A stretch of DNA of 32,000 nucleotides from an uncultured Erysipelotrichaceae bacterium. Its GTDB lineage: Bacteria > Bacillota_I > Bacilli_A > Erysipelotrichales > Erysipelotrichaceae. Positions within the stretch are counted from its first letter, which is position 1. Each line of letters starts with the position of its first letter. The stretch is taken from positions 720,001 through 752,000 of the forward strand of contig OW818653.1 in NCBI GenBank assembly GCA_942492995.1, given 5' to 3'. Positions 9,138-15,633 of the stretch are shown piece by piece. Under the pieces are notes generated by a model, which was not told where the DNA came from, ran no database searches, and saw only the letters and a program-made list of their open reading frames with translations. Position numbers and translations under genes: made by a program.

Positions 9138-9155
9138 ATGTTAATCTTTTAACAA
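9138..9155 (+). promoter_or_regulatory. Candidate Rex (redox-sensing repressor) operator
   Basis: ATGTTAA-TCTT-TTAACAA contains a perfect inverted repeat TGTTAA/TTAACA with a 4 nt spacer. It matches 17 of 18 positions of the clostridial Rex consensus TTGTTAANNNNTTAACAA. It lies 5 nt upstream of the -35 of the maoC-bcd-etf promoter. Confidence 0.55.
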
Positions 9156-9160
9156 ACTAC

Positions 9161-9189
9161 TTGACAACAATTTCACATAGGTCTACGAT
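9161..9189 (+). promoter_or_regulatory. Sigma-A type promoter for maoC-bcd-etfBA
   Basis: TTGACA (9161-9166), a 17 nt spacer, then TACGAT (9184-9189). Confidence 0.45.
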
Positions 9190-9231
9190 ACAATATGAAA
9201 GGTGATTCATATTTCAATATGTAACGTGATA

Positions 9232-9651
9232 ATGAAACAAGGAAAGACAATTTTAGAATTAGCAGTTGGAGATTTTGCGGAATGTAAGAAAGTATTGTTA
9301 GACAAAGATGTAGTGTTATTCTCAGAAGTTAGTGGTGATAAAAATCCAGTCCATTTGGATGAAGAATATGCGTCCACAACACGTTTTAAACATCGCATCG
9401 TTCATGGACATTTAGTAGCGTCGTTGTTCTCTGCCCTTCTTGGTACTGAGCTACCAGGACAAGGATCAATTTATCTAGGACAAACAATTAAGTATTTGAA
9501 ACCTGTCTATTTGAATGATGAAATTAGAGCTGTCGTTAAAGTTGTAGAATGTGATACTGAAAAGAATAGAGTGAAACTAGAGACAAATGCATATAACCAA
9601 AATAATGAAATGGTTATTACGGGGATGGCAGAAATAATGCCTCCAAGATAG
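9232..9651 (+). CDS. MaoC-like (R)-specific enoyl-CoA hydratase / dehydratase
   Basis: The hydratase-2 motif FSEVSGDKNPVHLDEEYAS and a hot-dog fold length support the call. The start is ambiguous. The ORF opens at GTG 9202, but family N-termini favour MKQGKTILELAVGD (ATG 9232). Neither start has a good SD. Confidence 0.8.
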   Translation: MKQGKTILELAVGDFAECKKVLLDKDVVLFSEVSGDKNPVHLDEEYASTTRFKHRIVHGHLVASLFSALLGTELPGQGSIYLGQTIKYLKPVYLNDEIRAVVKVVECDTEKNRVKLETNAYNQNNEMVITGMAEIMPPR

Positions 9652-9658
9652 GAAATTT

Positions 9659-10786
9659 ATGGATAATCGACATCAATTACTAAAAAAGCTATACAAACAA
9701 TTTTCTGATACATATGTTAAACCAATTGCACATGATATCGACGAAGAAGAGCGTTTCCCAATCGAAACATGTGAACATATGAAAGCATCTAAAATGTATG
9801 GTATTCCCTACCCTGTTGAATACGGTGGTAGTGGTGCAGATACATTAGCGTATGTTTTAGCTGTCGAAGAGTTAAGTAAAGCCTGTGGGACAACTGGCGT
9901 TATCCTATCCGCTCATACATCACTTGGTTCATACCCTATTTATGCGTTTGGGACAGAAGAACAGAAACAGAAATACCTTATCCCGATGAATAAAGGTGAA
10001 TTATTAGGTGCATTTGGATTAACAGAACCGAATGCAGGGACAGATGCGGCAGGTCAAAAGACAGTTGCGATTCTCAAAGACACTTATTATGAAATTAGTG
10101 GTTCTAAAATATTCATCACAAATGCAGGTTATGCGGATGTCTATATCATATTCGCAATGACGGACACAACCAAAGGAACACGTGGAATTACAGCCTTTAT
10201 TCTAGAAAAGGATATGCCTGGATTTACAATTGGTAAGAAGGAAAAGAAATTAGGAATTCGCGGATCTAGTACATGCGAACTCATCTTTGATCATGTCAAA
10301 GTACCACTTGAAAACAGATTAGGTCAAGAAGGAATGGGCTTTAAGATTGCGATGGCTACACTTGATGGTGGAAGAATTGGAATTGCGGCTCAAGCTCTTG
10401 GGATTGCGCAAGGTGCACTCGATGAAGTTGTTCACTATACAAAGAACCGTAAACAATTCAATCAATCCATCAGTCATTTCCAAAACACGCAATTTAAGAT
10501 TGCGGATATGGCTACACAAATTGAAGCTGCTCGTTGTTTAGTATATAAAGCCGCTGTCGCAAAAGATACACAAAAGAACTTTTCAACTGAAGCTGCGATG
10601 GCAAAACTCTTCGCATCCGAAACCGCAATGGCCGTCACTACCCAAGCTGTTCAACTCTTTGGTGGTTATGGTTATACACGAGAATATCCAGTAGAACGTA
10701 TGATGCGTGATGCGAAAATTACAGAAATCTATGAAGGGACATCTGAAGTACAACGTATGGTAATAAGTTCTTCAGTATTGAGATAA
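9659..10786 (+). CDS. bcd: Butyryl-CoA (short-chain acyl-CoA) dehydrogenase
   Basis: The 375 aa product is near-collinear with clostridial Bcd as recalled (GLTEPNAGTDAAGQKT, KIFITNAGYADVYIIFAMTD, LDGGRIGIAAQALGIAQGA, QLFGGYGYTREYPVERMMRDAKITEIYEGTSEVQ). Confidence 0.92.
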   Translation: MDNRHQLLKKLYKQFSDTYVKPIAHDIDEEERFPIETCEHMKASKMYGIPYPVEYGGSGADTLAYVLAVEELSKACGTTGVILSAHTSLGSYPIYAFGTEEQKQKYLIPMNKGELLGAFGLTEPNAGTDAAGQKTVAILKDTYYEISGSKIFITNAGYADVYIIFAMTDTTKGTRGITAFILEKDMPGFTIGKKEKKLGIRGSSTCELIFDHVKVPLENRLGQEGMGFKIAMATLDGGRIGIAAQALGIAQGALDEVVHYTKNRKQFNQSISHFQNTQFKIADMATQIEAARCLVYKAAVAKDTQKNFSTEAAMAKLFASETAMAVTTQAVQLFGGYGYTREYPVERMMRDAKITEIYEGTSEVQRMVISSSVLR

Positions 10787-10790
10787 AACG

Positions 10791-11570
10791 ATGAAAATAA
10801 TAGTACTAATGAAACAAGTTCCGAATACAACGAATATGTTAATCGATAAAGAAAAAGGAACTTTAATACGCACAGGTGTTGAAAGTATTATGAATCCAGA
10901 TGATACGAATGCGTTAGAAACAGCTCTTCAAATCAAACAAAAAATTGGCGCAACAGTAATCGTAATGACGATGGGTCCATCACAAGCTGAAGAAATGTTA
11001 AGAGAATGTTTTGCGCGAGGTGCCGATGAATGTGTATTAATTTCAGATAAAGCATTTGCAGGTTCTGATACATGGGCAACTTCTAACACACTATCTGCCG
11101 CAATTCAACGGTATAATCCAGACTTAATTTGTGCTGGTAGACAAGCAATTGATGGCGATACTGCACAAGTAGGACCACAAATTGCGGAACGACTTAATAT
11201 CCCTCAGATAACTTATGTTAGTGAACTTATTGATATTAAGAATGACTCAATTACGGTTAAGAAAGAATACGAAGATTTTACCGAAATAATTAAATCCTCA
11301 TTACCATGTTTAATCACAACACTTGATCCTACGAATCCACTAAGACAAATGAATGTGACAGATACTTGGAATGCGTACACTAAACCAATCACTTATCTAA
11401 CAAACCTAGATTTAAAACTTGAATCAAGTATGATTGGACTCAATGGTTCCCCTACTCAAGTTAGAAAAACATTTACACGATCTGTATCTGGTGAAATCAC
11501 ATTAATTAATAGTAGTGGTGCTGAAGCTGTGAATTCTATCGTATCAGCTCTAAGCCCATACATGAACTAG
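10791..11570 (+). CDS. etfB: Electron transfer flavoprotein beta subunit
   Basis: MKIIVLMKQVPNTTNMLIDKEKGTLIRTGVESIMNPDDTNALETAL is a typical EtfB N-terminus of the Bcd-associated (bifurcating-type) clostridial Etf. It starts 4 nt after the bcd stop. Confidence 0.9.
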   Translation: MKIIVLMKQVPNTTNMLIDKEKGTLIRTGVESIMNPDDTNALETALQIKQKIGATVIVMTMGPSQAEEMLRECFARGADECVLISDKAFAGSDTWATSNTLSAAIQRYNPDLICAGRQAIDGDTAQVGPQIAERLNIPQITYVSELIDIKNDSITVKKEYEDFTEIIKSSLPCLITTLDPTNPLRQMNVTDTWNAYTKPITYLTNLDLKLESSMIGLNGSPTQVRKTFTRSVSGEITLINSSGAEAVNSIVSALSPYMN

Positions 11571-11578
11571 GAGTCAAA

Positions 11579-12589
11579 ATGAACAATTTAGTTAAAGATA
11601 TCTTTGTTTGGGTAGAACTCAGACACAATAAGATTCAAGATGTGAGTTTACAATTGCTTAGTGAGGCAAATCATTTAAAGGCTCAGTATAAAACAAAAAA
11701 TATTGAATTTGATGTTGTAGGGGTTGTGACTGGCTATCAAGTCGATAATGTAATCGAAGAATGTTTCAAATATGGCGCAGATCGATTAATCGTATGTGAT
11801 GATATTAAACTCAAGGAAGTCAGTACCCAACATACCACAAAGGCTATTTCAGACATCATAAATCATTATCATCCTGATAGTTTATTGATCGGAGCTAGTG
11901 TTATTGGTCGCGATATTGCGCCACGTATTGCGGCACGTATGAATACTGGATTAACTGCAGATGCGACATTAATCGAAGTTGATGAAGCACCTGAATCTAC
12001 TTTGTTATTGGTGACTCGTCCAGCGTTTGGTGGAAATTTATTTGGCACAATCGTATGTCCAAATACACGTCCACAAATGGCAACGATTCGTCCAAATGTA
12101 TTCGAAAAACGTGAATTAAATCATCCTGTACAAAATATTGAAACCTTTACTACATCATTTGATTCAACAGATTGGGTTAAGGTGATGTTACAAGAAAAGA
12201 AACTAGACCATTCAGTTGATATCAGTAAAGCACGTATTATAGTGTCAGCTGGTCGTTCGATGGCGAAACACATGGATTTAATTGAACAAATCGCAAAAGA
12301 ACTTGGCGCTGAAGTAGGCGCATCGAGAGGTCTTGTCGAAACAGGTTCAATTACTAAGGATCATCAAGTAGGTCAAACTGGTAAAACTGTACGTCCTTTA
12401 GTTTATATCGCATGTGGTATTTCTGGCGCTGTTCAACATACTGCTGGTATGGATAAAGCAGAGTGTATCATAGCGATAAACAATGATCCAAATGCGTCTA
12501 TCTTTCAAATTGCACACATAGGTATTGTTGGGGATGCGGTTGAAATATTACCTAAATTAAAAGCAGAGTTATTAAAACTTAAGGCATAA
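11579..12589 (+). CDS. etfA: Electron transfer flavoprotein alpha subunit
   Basis: The 336 aa product has the C-terminal FAD-binding motifs VSAGRSM, ASRGLVETG, QVGQTGKTVRPLVYIACGISGAVQHTAGM. Confidence 0.9.
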   Translation: MNNLVKDIFVWVELRHNKIQDVSLQLLSEANHLKAQYKTKNIEFDVVGVVTGYQVDNVIEECFKYGADRLIVCDDIKLKEVSTQHTTKAISDIINHYHPDSLLIGASVIGRDIAPRIAARMNTGLTADATLIEVDEAPESTLLLVTRPAFGGNLFGTIVCPNTRPQMATIRPNVFEKRELNHPVQNIETFTTSFDSTDWVKVMLQEKKLDHSVDISKARIIVSAGRSMAKHMDLIEQIAKELGAEVGASRGLVETGSITKDHQVGQTGKTVRPLVYIACGISGAVQHTAGMDKAECIIAINNDPNASIFQIAHIGIVGDAVEILPKLKAELLKLKA

Positions 12590-12593
12590 AAAG

Positions 12594-12616
12594 AAAAGGA
12601 CGATTGTCCTTTTTTT
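12594..12616. terminator. Bidirectional rho-independent terminator shared by etfA (+) and the lactonase gene (-)
   Basis: AAAAGGAC-GATT-GTCCTTTT is flanked by an A-rich run upstream and TTTTTT downstream. It sits between the convergent stops at 12589 and 12615. Confidence 0.75.
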
Positions 12617-13583
12617 ATTCAAATACGACACATACACTCTCAGGAGCGTATACATCTTTCTGTAATAAACTCAATATTCCCGTCTCAACACATCGTGCAA
12701 ATAACGTTAAGTTGTTTGTATCATGATTTGCGACTACACAGAGTTTACCACAAGGACTTAAATTAAAATCTCTTGGTTGAATCCCTTCTGTCGAAATATT
12801 TTGGATTAGTTCTAAACTCAACCCGTCATCACTTACCTTAAATACAGATAATGAATCATGTCCACGATTACTTACATATAAATATTTCGCATCATTTGAT
12901 AATCGAATTGCGGCACCCCATTTAGGTCCTTCAACTCCATCAGGTAAACAATTTATCTTAGAAACTAACTCAACACCTGTCTCCCTCTGTTTAAGTACTA
13001 ATACTTCACTACTAAGTTCAGTAAAGACATAAATTATTGGTTTATTTGGATGGACAACTAAATGTCTAGGACCTGTTTTTTCTTCCGCATTATATTGGTG
13101 TTTTAAGACTAATTTATTATTTTCATCGTACCCAAAGAAATAGACACGATCTAAACCTAAATCACAGACAAGTACTTGGTCTAACATTTCATTGTATTGA
13201 ATGTAATGTGCTTTAGAGCCTTGATCAAACACAAGTTTCTGATAATCAACTAATCCATCTTTTGTGATCAAATACGAATTAACTCGACCACCATGATAAT
13301 TAGCACTAAAAACTAGATTACGATCTAAATCATAACTAACATAACAAGGAGGTGCACCTTCTTCTACAACTTGATTGATAAATCCGTTGTCTTTAAAATA
13401 CGCAATTCCACCTTTACTTCCATCTTTCACTACACTAAACGTATCGTTATTTAATCGTGCAAGATAGGTTGGATTATCTACATTTAATTGTAGTTGAAGA
13501 TTGACTAATTCATTATTTTCGAATTCAATCGAGTAAATACCTTTACTCTCTTTTTTTGTGTATGTACCTAGAAATATTTTCAT
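12615..13583 (-). CDS. pgl: 7-bladed beta-propeller lactonase, 6-phosphogluconolactonase type (YkgB/YbhE family)
   Basis: MKIFLGTYTKKESKGIYSIEF..NPTYLA.. resembles the B. subtilis YkgB-type Pgl N-terminus. The start is set at ATG 13583 (GAGGT SD) rather than the ORF-track start at 13601. Confidence 0.75.
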   Translation of the reverse strand: MKIFLGTYTKKESKGIYSIEFENNELVNLQLQLNVDNPTYLARLNNDTFSVVKDGSKGGIAYFKDNGFINQVVEEGAPPCYVSYDLDRNLVFSANYHGGRVNSYLITKDGLVDYQKLVFDQGSKAHYIQYNEMLDQVLVCDLGLDRVYFFGYDENNKLVLKHQYNAEEKTGPRHLVVHPNKPIIYVFTELSSEVLVLKQRETGVELVSKINCLPDGVEGPKWGAAIRLSNDAKYLYVSNRGHDSLSVFKVSDDGLSLELIQNISTEGIQPRDFNLSPCGKLCVVANHDTNNLTLFARCVETGILSLLQKDVYAPESVCVVFE

Positions 13584-13615
13584 GTGTTTACCTCGTTTCA
13601 ATGATATCGATTGTA

Positions 13616-14542
13616 TTAATTATTATCAAGTATTGTACCTTGTTTCATAAATTCAAGTATTGAATTCTCATCTCTTACACCACTTCTTGCCCCAATTTCA
13701 GTAATACTCATTGCGGCAGCGGCACTTGCGAATAATCCAACTTCTTTAAATGGCTTATTTTGATTTAACGCATGTAGGAATGACACGTTGTATGTATCAC
13801 CAGCACCAGTTGTGTCCTTAACATCTACTTTAAAGGCAGGTATATGAATAATTTCTTCCATCGAATAGATTGTACTGCCCCTTTCTGCTTGAGTAAGTAC
13901 AACTAACGTTCCTTGTTTGACTAATGTATTAATATAAACCCGACTAATCTTTTCCATTAATGTTTCATGCGCTTGTTCGTTAATAAATAGAATCGAAGCT
14001 TTCGATAAATCATCATATAAGTTTTTTGATAGTGATAATGCGTTCTTTTCAATATCTAATACAAGTTTTACACCTTGTTTTTTTAGATTTGTAAATATAA
14101 TCTCATAATTTTCTATTTGAATCATATCTCCTAAACTTGTATAAACATATTCACTTTTTGATAAGCATTCTATTTGTTTGTCTGTTAACGTATGGACAAT
14201 GTGTGTATTGTCCATAATATAAATAATTCTTTCTCCATGATTTAACATAATCATGCATTTTGAATCAGGATATTTATCATCAAAGCTTATATATTCTGTA
14301 TTAATTTTCGAATTAATTAAATCATCTAATAATATTTGATTACTTGCGTGATGATTCATAAAATCGATCATAAATGTATCATTATCGTATCCAGCATACA
14401 CACTTGCGGCGTTCCCTATCATCCCACCAATTTTAGAATCCATGTATCGACATAATGCTTTATCCCCAAGTTGCGGAACTTCATCAAGTTGATAATACTC
14501 ATCGATACAATTACTCCCAATAAAAGTAATTGGGTGTCTCAT
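13616..14542 (-). CDS. PfkB-family carbohydrate/nucleoside kinase (substrate unknown)
   Basis: The GG motif (SKIGGMIGNAASV) and the PfkB signature DTTGAGDTYNVSFLHAL are present. Its ATG overlaps the stop of the upstream ARH gene (ATGA). Confidence 0.8.
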   Translation of the reverse strand: MRHPITFIGSNCIDEYYQLDEVPQLGDKALCRYMDSKIGGMIGNAASVYAGYDNDTFMIDFMNHHASNQILLDDLINSKINTEYISFDDKYPDSKCMIMLNHGERIIYIMDNTHIVHTLTDKQIECLSKSEYVYTSLGDMIQIENYEIIFTNLKKQGVKLVLDIEKNALSLSKNLYDDLSKASILFINEQAHETLMEKISRVYINTLVKQGTLVVLTQAERGSTIYSMEEIIHIPAFKVDVKDTTGAGDTYNVSFLHALNQNKPFKEVGLFASAAAAMSITEIGARSGVRDENSILEFMKQGTILDNN

Positions 14543-15546
14543 TTTAGCGCCTCGATTTGTTTTGCCATTTCTAATAAATTATAGTGATTCACTTTATTGA
14601 TTAGTTCTAGATATTCATTTGGAAATGCATCACTTCCGTGCATTGCGCCAAGTATTCCACCTACCATTGTCGCAATCGTATCGGTATCATTCCCAATATT
14701 TACTGCTGTTGTAATGGATAGAATCGGATTGCCTTTACAAGCGACGATAATTCCAAATACGGCTGGTACAGCTTCTGCCGCTGCCAATCCAGTCCCAACA
14801 ATATCACTGATATCATCCATTATTTCTATTAATGGTTTATCTTGTTTACCTAATTCAACCGCTAATTCAATACGTCGTTTAACACTTGGTCCAGCAAGTG
14901 TATCTCCTTGTATTCTACCTAAACGTTCACCTTCACTCGCGCCATATCGTCCAGCTTGAATGATGTCATCGATTGTAACATCATCTTTTAATGCACAAGC
15001 TGTGGCAGCCGCAATCGCACATGCCCCTGAGATTGAAATATCATTATTGTGTGAAACATTACTAATCATACAAGCATCTTGGATTGCTTTATCATAATCC
15101 CCATGGCTAAATAATGCGATTGGGCTCATTTTCATGGCAGCTCCATTGGTAGCTTTACTATTGTCGTTACATAATTTAAATCCATGGTATTCAGGTATTA
15201 CTTCACCTAGAAGTTTACGTACTGCGATTTTTGTCGTAGGTCCTGCAAACTTCAAATAGTAATTATCAGCTCTTCCCCAATTAATAAGCGCTTCGCGCGC
15301 AACCGCATAATCAATGCGTCCTTGATGTTTTAATATCATTTGAACTGTATCATGCGCAATACTAAAATCATCGGTTACACAGCCTATTTCACAGCCTCGT
15401 GCGAATGTATCATCAGGCGCTTGAATAAACGTACTAACATATCCAAACTTCTCAAGAATTTGTGCACGTGTACGCATTTCTGTTGCGGCTCCCATCGCAT
15501 CACCAATAGCTGCCCCTAATAAACATCCTAAGTATTTATTGTTCAT
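14539..15546 (-). CDS. ADP-ribosylglycohydrolase (ARH/DraG) family protein
   Basis: The N-terminal YLGCLLGAAIGDAMGAATE, the internal CVTDDFS, and the C-terminal NIGNDTDTIATMVGGILGAMHG are the family metal-binding motifs. Confidence 0.85.
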   Translation of the reverse strand: MNNKYLGCLLGAAIGDAMGAATEMRTRAQILEKFGYVSTFIQAPDDTFARGCEIGCVTDDFSIAHDTVQMILKHQGRIDYAVAREALINWGRADNYYLKFAGPTTKIAVRKLLGEVIPEYHGFKLCNDNSKATNGAAMKMSPIALFSHGDYDKAIQDACMISNVSHNNDISISGACAIAAATACALKDDVTIDDIIQAGRYGASEGERLGRIQGDTLAGPSVKRRIELAVELGKQDKPLIEIMDDISDIVGTGLAAAEAVPAVFGIIVACKGNPILSITTAVNIGNDTDTIATMVGGILGAMHGSDAFPNEYLELINKVNHYNLLEMAKQIEALK

Positions 15547-15566
15547 AGTTAAACCTCATTAAATCT

Positions 15567-15575
15567 ATTGTATCA
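15567..15575 (-). promoter_or_regulatory. Extended -10 element (TGaTACAAT) upstream of the ARH-PfkB operon
   Basis: The minus strand reads TTTGATACAAT about 20 nt upstream of the ARH start. No good -35 was found. Confidence 0.35.
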
Positions 15576-15604
15576 AATAATACACATTTATAATGTTTGT
15601 GATA

Positions 15605-15629
15605 ATAAAAAACCCAGTTTCCTGGGTTT
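15605..15629 (-). terminator. Rho-independent terminator of ppdK
   Basis: The minus strand reads AACCCAG-GAAA-CTGGGTT followed by TTTTTT, a few nt after the ppdK stop at 15634. Confidence 0.8.
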
Positions 15630-15633
15630 AAGA

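Noticed and set aside
14597-14959. 120 aa plus-strand ORF rich in Pro, Ser, Ala and Ile
   Set aside because: It is fully antisense to the well-supported ARH-family gene. Its composition is typical of a reverse-frame shadow ORF, it has no SD, and it matches no recognisable family.
15585-15597. A short inverted repeat ACATT-ATA-AATGT (minus strand) upstream of the ARH operon as an operator
   Set aside because: The arms are only 5 bp and lie in very AT-rich DNA, which is easily expected by chance.
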